Assembly: GCA_001662655.1 (NCBI GenBank)
Contig: KV460244.1
Source: Pseudogymnoascus verrucosus
Lineage: Eukaryota
DNA length: 64,000 nt
Reading direction: 5' to 3' (one strand)
The number at the start of each line of letters is the position of its first letter. Position 1 is the first letter of the stretch. The notes under the pieces are model-generated. The model did not search any database, was not told the origin of the DNA, and saw only the letters and a program-made list of their open reading frames with translations. The position numbers and the translations under genes are program-made. This document shows, in pieces, positions 12,363-25,464 of this stretch.

Positions 12363-14226
12363 TGGGTGTACTGAGCGAGATGAATAATGAATCGGCGGGC
12401 GGGATTAATAAAATCCTGACGTTAGCAACGTCAGATGGGATGGGTGGGTAATATGGGTTCGTGGTGGAGTTTTTGCATCGGGTGACGAAGGTGGTCATTT
12501 TCATGTGAGCTTGTAGGTTTTTTGTGTGTGTTTTGAGTTTTTTTGTAATCACGGATACCATAGCATAGATCGTTTTGGATTTGGAAATAATGATGGGAAT
12601 TAGATTAGATGGATGGAAGGGAGCTAGAGTCGCTGATAACATCGTCCCGGTGAGGTTGGCAATTGTTTGTGGCAAGAGACAGACGACATAAATCACATCG
12701 CTGAATTTGTTCAATTGCACGCCGAAGGTTGGTTTGTAGATGCTTAACTTTGGTTTCAAGTTCCGTGATTTGGGGATCGCGAGTCATTGTTGTGATGATT
12801 TGAAAAGGCTTCTACGAAGGTCGAGGTTCGTTGACAGAAGTAGACAAACATTATCTTTCGAGCTAATTCTAATTAGTATGACTTTATTTCATGAAATAAA
12901 GTCATACCAATTAGAATTAGCTCTAAAATAACAGGGGCAGAGGTAGCTGGGCAACGAATAATGCTCCTCGGTCACACTTGTTAGTTGAGGACCAACGACG
13001 GCATGATGTAGGTTTCAGCCAGAATTAATCTTGTCGCCTTAGTAGGGCAGTTCTACTGTCTGGAGAAAGCTCTCTGAAGAAACCCTGTCTGAATAAGAAA
13101 GTAATCAATGTAATATTTGTCTTACGAGATGTGCTCAAACAAGCAATGTGCTCCAGGATTTGGAAATTGGATATGTTGCTGCTCTTATTTCTCGGGGGTT
13201 GATATGAAAATAGTAATCCGCACTTCGAGATGTGTTCTCATTTTAGCTCAGATAGTGAAAGAAATGAAGACCAAACCCACAAGGTGGTTTATAAAACAGA
13301 ATGCTAGATGACGACAATTCTTTTCTGCTTCCATTTCGTAAAATTTGCCTTTGCAGGATAAATAAGCATTAAGAAATTTAGAGTTATATTACTGGTGAAT
13401 TTAAAATATAATTTAGAAAACTGTTGTCTTCGGGCCCGAATAGTCCTCAAAATAACACAGAACAAACAACACAGCACCGGAAGACTCGAAAGGCTTCTCC
13501 AGAATATATCGGATACTGATCTGGAAAGAACTGCCATTGTCTACCAATCAACCGTCTTCTTTCGATTTCTATAATATCAACCATACAAACACAGACCGAG
13601 TGCTCTGGACTTCCCGAGTCCAAACCATACAAATTGCAGGAGAAGCTGCAGGAGAAACATCTATTTTCTGACCGCCCTTCTACCGCAACTCTTCGCTTCG
13701 AGGCCTATAAATTCTACCTTCCACCCACAACCGTTTTCAAACATTCCATCCACAATACACCTCACAAACATCAATCCACTTGCTCCTGCTTTGGCCTTTT
13801 GTCATTGCAAGGCCTTTATAATTTGCAAATCAAACCATTCAATACAAAAAGTAAGTTGCATTCCCATATTCTCACTTCGAGCAATGAGCCTCAGCCAGTC
13901 TGGTTCATATGAACCACACTTGGTTGAATTCCACCTCTGAGTTATACTTGGACTTTCTTCAAAGACAGGCTAGTGATTACTTCTACATCTATCAAAGATA
14001 TCTGCTTGAGCATATACAAGTGGAACATCAAGTTGGCGGCCATCACTTCACAACTGCAACAATCATAGTCTCACATTTTCACCTCGAACCTTGCTCACCA
14101 AACAACCTACTCTACAAAACATATCATTTCACATTCCAGACTGCTAACTATTTCAAAAGTCTCATCATCCACCACAATTAAAACCAGCTCAACAGTCAGC
14201 TTCGATCTTTGCATCCAACCATCAAG

Positions 14227-14959
14227 ATGTCTGGACAACCACCATCCTCTCCGGCCCAGCCTGGCGCCACTCGCGTCCCAACTCCACTGGAGTGCAACTT
14301 CCTCGTGGCCATTGTCAAGAACAGTGATGGAGTCACCAACGTAAGCTTTCTTCCATACAGTCATCGGCTTTGTTTTGATTTCTCTGTCACTCCTCGGGAC
14401 ACTCTATTGTGAATTATCATAAATTCACCCACACCAACAACGGCCCGAAAACTCCTCATTTTCCTGGCATTATCTCTCCTCTTCTTGAAATCACAAACAC
14501 AATTTTTCAGTCTTCCTAACAACCCCACAGATCGACTGGGACGCCGTGGCCAGCGAGGCCGGCTACAACAACGCCGCCACAGCCCGTGTCCGCTTCGGCC
14601 AGGTCAAGAAAGCCCTCGGCTGGACAGTCCGCGTCGTCGGCTCCAAGGGCAGCCCAATCAAAAGCCCCACCAAGGTCGAGAAGAAGCCTGCCAAGCCCAG
14701 GGCGGCCCGCAAGCCAAAGGCCTTGACGAAGAAGCAGCAGGAGGCCTTGGCTGCGGCTGTGGATGATGACTCCAATGACAATGAGCAGGAGGATGCTGAT
14801 GTCTACAAGGAGGAGGATGATGCCAATGGCCACAAGAAGGAGTTTGGCAATGGCTACAAGCAGGAGCATGACGAGGTTGTCAAGACCGAAGACGTCGATG
14901 AGGATGCCGATACGGCGGTCGAGGAGGAGGAGTACGCCTCCGCTGACGACTATGCCTGA
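14227..14959 (+). CDS. Array gene C: Myb-like domain protein (~180 aa), 2 exons
   Basis: Exon 14227-14340, intron 14341-14530 (GTAAGC...CTAAC...CAG), exon 14531-14959; spliced NFLVAIVKNSDGVTN^IDWDAVASEAGYNNAATARVRFGQVKKALG, then SPIKSPTK, Lys-rich linker and acidic tail. Confidence 0.85.
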
Positions 14960-16567
14960 AGGCTTGCGGGAATCTGATTTACTATCCAGAGCCTGGGAGA
15001 ACAGTTGATGCTTCACACCCATCTGATTGTTTTCGCCGCGACGCTGGGGTTTCGGTGCATTTGATTGCAATTTCTGCATATTTTGTAAGTTTTCTATTTC
15101 CACATCTCCTGGACTGGATTCTATCGAGCATACACTAACGCGGAAACCACTGCAGATTTCCAGGTTTACACATTCACGGTGAATCTGAAGGCGGGTCCGG
15201 AAACCTGCATATATCACAACAACATCGTACTGGGTGGATGGGCGCATTGCGAATGTTTCTTTTCGATCTGATTATATACTCTGCGGTATGACATGGATAG
15301 GATGGGGTGAGAAGGGATGGGCGCATGGCAGTCTTTAAGATAGGAATGAAACCGCGTTTTTCGATAACTGCAGTGATGCCTTCACCTGTGACGAGACCAA
15401 AATCCGTATTTAGTATTTTGCCTCATTTGAAACACCGCAGATTTTGTGTGAGGAGGGCCGGAATGCTTGAAACGAAAGAATGCTCTTGGTGTAGAACTCG
15501 GCATTATATAAAATGAGAGTGACGAACTCATCGAGTCTTGTATTTACAAAGCAAGGCACTGGAAGACTCGAATAGTTTGTAAATGGCCATGAATGGGGTT
15601 TCCTCTGGTGCATGTTCCTGGAGAAAGAAATTGTCAAAACATGTTTTTATATCACAATTACGACTTGTCAACGGTCTCTGTGGCCACCCCGCACTGCCCC
15701 AGCCTACTATTTCTATTTCCGCTGACTTTGGATACCGAAGGTGAGCACTGGGACGTCTGAATAATCATGCTGTCTGTGATAATACTGCGGCTGTGGTTTA
15801 GTCTCTGGCCTTGCACAAGGCAACGAAAGTAGATGGTTGGCGGTCAGAAACATTGTCTCGAAAGAATGCAGAGTTGCAGGGGACTGAGTCAACCTGCCCC
15901 TCGTATATAGAGCAATAAGTGACTGTGGAATACCCTTATTTATAATTTTAAAGGGGAGATGGGATAGCACAGTGTCAAATGGAACGAACTAGCCACATCA
16001 AGTGCGGAATTTGGGATCTGTAGTGAAGTGGCACATGAAGCATGGTTTGTAAAAGAAAGGTGAGTGGACACCAGTGGCCAGGTTGGAAACATATGAGAAT
16101 GATATGGATCTTCTCTTTGGGCGAATCAAAGAGAATGGTCTTAATAACAGGAAAGTAAAAGTGAACCTTTGATTATCTAAGGAAGACGTAAATGAACCGG
16201 AATATTCCTATACAAATCTATGAAAGACTGAAGCCGCTCGAAGCACTGAGTGCAGCCGCAAAATCCCCGGTTGCCTCGGAGCCTCCAGATATAAATACCC
16301 AGGTTGGCTTCTTACTGACCTTAATTCTTTCATCACCAACAACACCAAGCAAAAACACAACAATCAGTGGCTCCACCACACTTGCTCTTGTTCAATCACT
16401 CCGAAAAGGAAACATAAGCTCCAGGTATGTGCAAGACCCAAAAGAAGCTGGTGGCAACCATTCGATTTGGACCTCGACTCACTTGCTTTCTTCAACCTCA
16501 CCTGAAACTATACTAAAACAGCCACAGCTTGACTTCACCATTCCTCAGAAACAGGAACATCGCCAAG

Positions 16568-17275
16568 ATGCCATCCAAGGTACGCAACATCATGAACGAA
16601 ACCCCCAACGGCAATGACTGACCTGAACCAGAAGCTTGACACTGTTGCTGAAGGTGTTGCTGACACCGCCGGTTCCGGCATGCGCGCCGATGATGTCCTG
16701 TTCTTGATCGATTGCCTCCATAACAATACGGGTGGCCAAGTCCAGGTAAGCAGCCTTGAAACTCCTTTATCTAAACACCGAGCTTGTCATATCGAGTGCT
16801 GTGTTGAGACTGAACACTCACCACACCTATCATATACTAACATTTCACTCAGATCGATTGCAGCGCGGTTGCCAAGAAGCGCAACATGGCCAACCCCAGG
16901 TCCGTTGCAAACCGCATCGCTATCATGAAGAAGAAGTACGGCTTGCCCCTCGCCGCCAGCACAGCCAAAGTTGCTGCTAAAACCAGCGATGTCGTCGACG
17001 GCAACAACGATCTCGCCATTGGCACCCAAGCTTCCCCTGTCAAGCGTACCGCCAAGAAGAACGCAGCTCGCAAAGCCCAATACAAGATTGCCAAGCGTGA
17101 GGAAACCCGCGCCCAGAGTCTTTCCGACAACAATGTCGACAAGGACCATCAGTCGGCCATGGACACCGATGAAATGGAGAAGGTGGTCTTTGGGAACCCC
17201 GATGATGATGAGGAGAATGATGACCACCAAGATGGCATGGAAGCTATGGTCAACGGCAACCACGACATTGTCTGA
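16568..17275 (+). CDS. Array gene D: divergent Myb-like domain protein (~182 aa), 3 exons
   Basis: Exons 16568-16579 (MPSK), 16632-16745, 16853-17275 with GT-AG introns and CTRAC branch sites; spliced DVLFLIDCLHNNTGGQVQ^IDCSAVAKKRNMANPRSVANRIAIMKKKYG, SPVKR, acidic tail. Confidence 0.78.
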
Positions 17276-18461
17276 TCTTTTCAATCGCCTCTTGGCCAGC
17301 GGCCTGGGCATTAACTTCCAACTTTCGAGTTAAGAGGCGGTTTCTATTTCTTTTGACGCAACATCACCCCCCCCCTCGCAAGGGCTGGACATATGGGAGA
17401 CGAGCAGTTGCACTAGGCGGAGTTATATCAGATGGATATTCGATGCCTAATATTTTCCCTTCATAAATGGGATTTAATGAGATAAGATTTGATCTTCCAA
17501 TCGTCTTGGTGCAATGATTGAACATAATTGTACTTGTGTTTCAAGAAGAGTCTTCAAAATAAGCCAAGGCCATGTAGGTTTGTGTAGATATGGAAAGGCT
17601 ATGCTGGTCTCTGGCCTGATGGCGAACGCCAGTGAATGCCGGACATGTTTGGGATTCATTATCCGACCAAATGCAGTTTGCCAACCCAACCCGACCATAA
17701 ATCTTACATAATGAATCATTTGAAGCCCCGAAGTAATAGCGGTGGCAGCTCAGTTCGTAATGGTGGTATACCTTCACTTTATAGTAATACCAAAAATGTT
17801 CAACATGGAAGGATAGATTGAAGCATCAACTCCGGGCCTTCTCAAAGTAGACGTGTGACGTTTCTACTGTGCGCCATGGTAACGACTTCATAATGCACCA
17901 TTCCATATGCTGCATAATGACCTTTAATACACATCCAATGCACATGTCCGAAAGGAACTGGGTGAACGTTATGCCGCCGTCACGCTTGCCAGTTGAATGT
18001 TTGCCGGAATTATTGCATACAGTGCATCCGAGCTCGCACGAACCTCTTTTTGACTGATTGAGCATATTTCCAAAGCGTAATCGTAGGTGCAGTAGTTCAC
18101 ATATATTCACATTGGAGTTTGTTATTCCCGACGTTGTTGTAAGCTGATATATACAACAGTGGCATCTCAGACTTTGCTGCAAACTCCGTGTTCGTTTCCT
18201 GGCATTTGACCAAGTCGGTGCAGGTCCTGCTTTCATACTTAAAACCAAATATATCCGCCAAGCTCAGGCCAACTCTTCAGTGTGGAGCAACATATATTTT
18301 GGACTTCAAGCATCCACAAGCACTTTCTTCCTTCACATCAACACACCTGCTTCGGTCGTCAAATACTTTCTTCTGTCGCATCCATATACCTGCTTCTAAC
18401 AACACTTGCTCGACAACACTTTCCAGAGCTCAGTTGCAAGTCATCCACGGATATCATCAAA

Positions 18462-19002
18462 ATGCCACCAGCTACAAATGAAGAGCAGTTCCGCTTCCTC
18501 ATCTCCTGTATCCGTTGGTCAAACAATGGCAAGGTATTAAACTCATTTGATTTTACTGGCAGCTCATTGCTGACTATTTCCACAGGTTGATTTCACAGAA
18601 GTTGCCAAAGAGTGCCAGGTGGTGAGCAAAGGTGCAGCGTAAGTCAATCTCCATTCCCAGTCTTCCGGCCATATTTGATGGTGACCTTGATAATTTTTAC
18701 TTACGACCGGATGCAGCGCAAAGCGATATGAGCGTATGATGCGCGCTCATGGGATACACCCCAACGGAGGTCCCGGAAGGGCTCCAACTGCTCGCCAACC
18801 AAAGACAGAGCGCAATGCAGGACCATCCCCTACCAAGAAAGCAAAGGGAAAGGCCGCTGCGTTTGATGAGAGCATGAACGTTGACGACGACGAGGAGCCG
18901 GCGGGCAGCGACAACTTCAAGGCGGAGAACAGTCAGGATGAGGAGCTTCTCGTCATCAAGTCCGAGCAGTTCTACGAAGTCCCAGACCTCCAAGATGATT
19001 GA
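18462..19002 (+). CDS. Array gene E: Myb-like domain protein (~136 aa), 3 exons
   Basis: Exons 18462-18533, 18586-18638, 18717-19002; spliced MPPATNEEQFRFLISCIRWSNNGK^VDFTEVAKECQVVSKGA^AAKRYERMMRAHGI...SPTKK...acidic tail; frame intact (411 nt). Confidence 0.85.
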
Positions 19003-20060
19003 GGGGTTGGAAAGGTGATCGGCTGCCGAGTTGTGGCTCACAAAATTTCCCATCCATGCAAATGTTTCTATGATTTCATGGTTTGAGTTGAGGGGTGGGA
19101 AAGTTGACCGGGTGCCGAGTTGTGGCTCACAAAATTTCCCACCCAAAGCAAGTTTTTCTCTGATTTGATGGTTTGAGGCGGAACATACTTTTGCACATGA
19201 GGGGATGATATGTGTCTTTGTGAACTGCAGATAGTGACAGTTACAGATATTAATCAGACACTTCTGCTCTGTTTCCACAAAGTAAATATTCGTGGGGACT
19301 TAAAAGTGATAATTGCCATTCGTAGTTGCCGTGGATACCCACAAAGATATGCAGACTCTATTCTTGACCACGACCAACTTAGTCGCAGCTCAATTTTTGG
19401 GGCAGGGTGCGAGAAATTCCAACGCGAGAGTCTTTTGAGGTGCGAGAGTGTTTGTAAAGACAATAATGAATAATAGCGCCTCACTTTCTCAATTGCGTTC
19501 GCGAAGACTGGGACCACGAGGCGTCGTCTCAGTTAAGCGGCGACCCATCTGTAAACATTGTCTGCTTTCTTCAATGCTGCCACAATAGCAATTACACAGC
19601 AATTGCAACTGGTATCTAGAGTCCCTCTAGCGCTGCTCAATTAGGTACGTAGATCGAGTTCTTGTCATCACCAATCTTGCTGTCACTTCCTCTGTATTCT
19701 TGCTCTTGGTCTTGCTTCAGGCTCTGGGGCTGGCCTCGATCTGGTGTCCACTTCATCACTCTTCACCTTGCCTGCAACCACCAGTTCATTTAGCTTGCCC
19801 CTCTTCCTTCACATCCATTTCACCTTCACTCATAGCTGATCATAAAGGCCACTATTCGTATATGCTCTTCGCTAGATAAACATTCCACATCTAGGTGAGG
19901 TCCTGGGAGCTCCATTCGACATTGAGATTCCAATTCACCTGGCTTTCTTGACGACGTCGTGGATAACATAGCTAACTCTGATACCAGCTTTCAAGCTTAT
20001 TGCCCTAGACCCCAACCAACAAGTCGTTTTATCGAGTACCGTAAACTCGAATCAATTGCC

Positions 20061-22400
20061 ATGGCTCCAGTAAAAAAACCCAAGGTCGGGACCAAATCCG
20101 CCACTGGTTCCGAAGCAAAGAATACGATTGCTCGCCGCAGGAACTCAGCTGCGAAGGTGGCTGTTGGACGCCCTACTTCCAGATCGCCCCAAAAACGCCC
20201 CGCCAAAAGCAACGAAGATGATGGCGTTGGGGACGATGAACCTCCTTATGAGCCAAGCGATGATGAGATTGATGGCGATAGCACTGAAGGAAACTTTCAT
20301 TCCAGTCCAGTTACTAAGGCCACAAAAGGTAAGAAGGGTCCAGTGAAGTCTGCCAAAAAGATGATCTATAAGAAACACCTTCGAAGAGACGCAACAAAAT
20401 TTACGACTAGCCAGGCTATGGTCGATGCGGAGGAGGAGTTCGATCCTCGTGCTGCTGCGTATCGGGGGAAGGCGACCCAGAGTGGCGGAAACGGACGTAA
20501 GAAAGGTCGGAGGCTCATTCGCTGGACCGGTAAGACTCCCGCCCGAACCATGCAAGTGTATCCGAAGCTAACAAACCTCGCATTAGCCCAAACGGACCAG
20601 TTGTTGTTGCTTTGTCTCCACCATGAACTGGCCCGGAACAAGGAAGAACTTCCCTATGAGGCTATTGCTCAACGCATGTTCCCCGAAAAAAATGCCACAG
20701 GTGGCGCTATCAAGGAGCGATTCGCGAAGCTTCGCATCGAGTGCTTGAATAGGGGTTCGTGGGTGCCACCTATTCTTGGCAAGACCCCACAGAACACTCG
20801 ACCAGACGTCCGAGGCGTTGTTCGTCTCGCACCAGGAATTGACAAGGGCCGATTCGTTCTTTGGAAAGAGGATGCATCCAAACTCATCGACCCCAAGGAT
20901 ATCAACAAGGGCCACGTCGATGCTCAAAAGAAGGGTCTTCAATACTCCGAACGTGTGTGGATCAGCCCGGGGGCAGAGAAGGAGTACCTGAAATCAACGC
21001 ATGCCCATAAAGCGTTGAATCTTTCTCCCATTTCTGGTCCAGTTCCAATGGATGATGATGAGTTGCTCTCGGACGAGGATGAGGAGGAAGAGATGGAGGC
21101 AGTATCAGATGATGGTGCTGTCGTACCCTGCACGCCGAAAAAGCGCAAGGCTACTGTTATCAACGACTCTTCAAAGAAAAAGCCCAGACCAGTTGCTCGT
21201 CCAAGCCCAAAGAAGATTGCTGCCAAGGGGCGGGCGACGCAGGCCGATGAAAGCGAATATGAGGGCACCACAGCTGGCGCAGGTAGCAACAGGCTTTCAC
21301 CAAAGAAGGAGCCTGGTGCTGGTCGATACAGGAGCCCTAGGGGTAGACCCAAGAGCTATGATATGACACCGCCTGACGAAGATTCGGATTCCGGCGCTAC
21401 CAAAACGGCCGAGTCGAGTGATGAGAGCGAGGATGACGAGAGTCCCACCAACAACCGACTGATGATGATGGCATTTGAAAAAGACGAGGAGGTTAGACCC
21501 CTCAGGTCCATCGTTATTGTCCGTGGGTTTACTCCTGGTGCTCTCAGCAAGTTTCCGCCTGGCATCCAGGGCCCTGGGGACGATGACTATGCGGACGATG
21601 AGGTAGCTGAGGGTCCTGGCATCCAGGGCCCTGGGGACAATGATTATGCCGACGACCAGGTCGCTGAGGGTCCCACCGCCTCATACAATGGAAGCGAATC
21701 TGTAATCGATGCAGATGATGATAAAGCCGCTCTCCATTTTGAAGACAACCCAGATATTGAATTTGATGATAGCATACACGGAGTCGGACAAGATGGCTCG
21801 ATGGACGAGCAAAATTTCAACCTCCAGGATCTTCTTGCTGCCATGAACCGGAACACGGACAACAACGGACAATTGATCAATAAAGATCTCTGGGAGATCC
21901 ATGTGGAGCAAATGAATGCACTCAAGGGGGCCGGGATGCAAAATCCACCTCCTGCGCAGTCACGCCACCAGACTCAGATCCCTCAATATATACAGCACCA
22001 AACACAAAACCAGCTCACTCCTAATGGATTTGGCTCTTTCCCGGGCAACTTTGGAGGCCCTCAAGTCAGCTTTGGTGGTTCTAAAATCCGCTTTGGCGAC
22101 ATTGATTTTCAACCAATGCACTCAGATGGAATTCAGGGAAAGGCCGCTTATTACAACACCAAGAACTTCATTGAAAACGGCATGATCGATACAGCTCAAT
22201 ATGAAAAGATGAAAGGAATGGAATCCAACTCAAGTGGCCATATCAAACCAGACCCTGTTCCAGCAGGATTTTCGGGGTTTGACGCCACCATACCGCCAGT
22301 GCGAGACGATGAGTTCTTCTCACCTGACTACGTAGGAGGTGGTGAAGCCTCCTTAGATGGCGGCTTTGGGCCCTTGGGTCCATTGGAAGGTTACTTTTAG
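20061..22400 (+). CDS. Array gene F: large (~760 aa), mostly disordered protein with a Myb/SANT-like domain and an AT-hook, 2 exons
   Basis: ATG 20061 (MAPVKKPK), intron 20530-20586; spliced RRLIRWT^AQTDQLLLLCLHHELARNKEELPYEAIAQRMF...GGAIKERFAKLR; PRGRPK at 21336-21353; TPKKRK/SPKK motifs; acidic tracts. Confidence 0.8.
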   Translation: MAPVKKPKVGTKSATGSEAKNTIARRRNSAAKVAVGRPTSRSPQKRPAKSNEDDGVGDDEPPYEPSDDEIDGDSTEGNFHSSPVTKATKGKKGPVKSAKKMIYKKHLRRDATKFTTSQAMVDAEEEFDPRAAAYRGKATQSGGNGRKKGRRLIRWTGKTPARTMQVYPKLTNLALAQTDQLLLLCLHHELARNKEELPYEAIAQRMFPEKNATGGAIKERFAKLRIECLNRGSWVPPILGKTPQNTRPDVRGVVRLAPGIDKGRFVLWKEDASKLIDPKDINKGHVDAQKKGLQYSERVWISPGAEKEYLKSTHAHKALNLSPISGPVPMDDDELLSDEDEEEEMEAVSDDGAVVPCTPKKRKATVINDSSKKKPRPVARPSPKKIAAKGRATQADESEYEGTTAGAGSNRLSPKKEPGAGRYRSPRGRPKSYDMTPPDEDSDSGATKTAESSDESEDDESPTNNRLMMMAFEKDEEVRPLRSIVIVRGFTPGALSKFPPGIQGPGDDDYADDEVAEGPGIQGPGDNDYADDQVAEGPTASYNGSESVIDADDDKAALHFEDNPDIEFDDSIHGVGQDGSMDEQNFNLQDLLAAMNRNTDNNGQLINKDLWEIHVEQMNALKGAGMQNPPPAQSRHQTQIPQYIQHQTQNQLTPNGFGSFPGNFGGPQVSFGGSKIRFGDIDFQPMHSDGIQGKAAYYNTKNFIENGMIDTAQYEKMKGMESNSSGHIKPDPVPAGFSGFDATIPPVRDDEFFSPDYVGGGEASLDGGFGPLGPLEGYF

Positions 22401-23543
22401 TACCAAGGCTGACTGCAACCTTACACGTAGTGAGTAGCATCCAGACAATTGGGGGCCAAACAACTCATCAGTGTGAGGTTCTTTACAACTCTGTTCTTTG
22501 AAGTTTCATCTCATGCCAAACAGAGCGCATGCTGATCTCATTATGGTCGCAAGGCGAAGCGGCAAGGAAACACGGACACTCGCATATATACCCATCAATT
22601 GCTTCACGAAGAAATGACACTTGTTTTTTATTTCCCCCAGCGACTCGCACGATGACGACGGCGAGAGAATTCGGTTTGTGAGCATGGATTGGGGGTATTC
22701 AGCAGCTCCTAGGGCTTTACTGAGATCACTACAATCACAGTTCACCTGCAGACTCAAGCGCCGCCTTGAAAGAGTTCTTGATTTTTTGATTGATGCGGCA
22801 TTGTCAAACACGGGAGGCTCAGAGCAATGGTGGTAGGCCTCGGTGCAATGAGGATGATCTGAACTCGCAGTGGTTTAGGTAGACAGCCCACCCAAATCAA
22901 GACATATGATAAAAATGAGACGTGCAAACTATTACCTGACATGACACTATCATAAATCTCCTATAATGGCAGAGTGTGAATCTCTCATGGAAGGATGAAC
23001 CCTTCACCAGGAGTGATACGGCAATGGAGAGCAAATCATGAGCACGACAGTAATCTGAATGTCTATGGTTGACTTCAACGTCTAATCCTAGCTTTGATGC
23101 AGTAGAAAATAGCAGCACACGCAGATTCTATTCTTCCTTGTCGCCACCGACGTGGTTGGATTGTTGCATGATGGCTGGAACCACAGAATAAGTAAAATGA
23201 GGAAGTTGAGGAAGTTGAGGAAGTTGACGAGAGTATAGCTGTATATACACAAACACCTACTATGGTCTCTCTGGTTCACCGTACCGACGGCAGTCGCTCT
23301 CCTGACAATCCCTGAAGTTCTGGGTGTCTCCTTCTATAGCTGCCACGCTATTCCCATAACACACTAGCGCCATTCTCGGTTCACGACGGAAGAAGCGACT
23401 GGAAACTTTCTCCAGATTCCCGAGTTTCTTCATAAACAACGGGATCGTCTTCTGCTCATCTTCCCTCCAAAGTCGAATCTTTAATATCCTTCAATTGTAA
23501 TAATAGCGCCCTTGTGTCCCTTTTTCTTCATCCTCATCTCATA

Positions 23544-25464
<1,921 letters not shown>

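Noticed and set aside
19959..20060. N-terminal extension of the 813-aa ORF in the track
   Set aside because: Starts at GTG inside a probable 5'-UTR intron (GTGAGG ~19895 ... GCTAAC...CAG ~19987); ATG 20061 is the likelier start
23380..23435. GAA/TTC-rich stretch upstream of HSP60 as a heat-shock element
   Set aside because: Plausible, but spacing does not form a clean nGAAnnTTCn array, so it is not called
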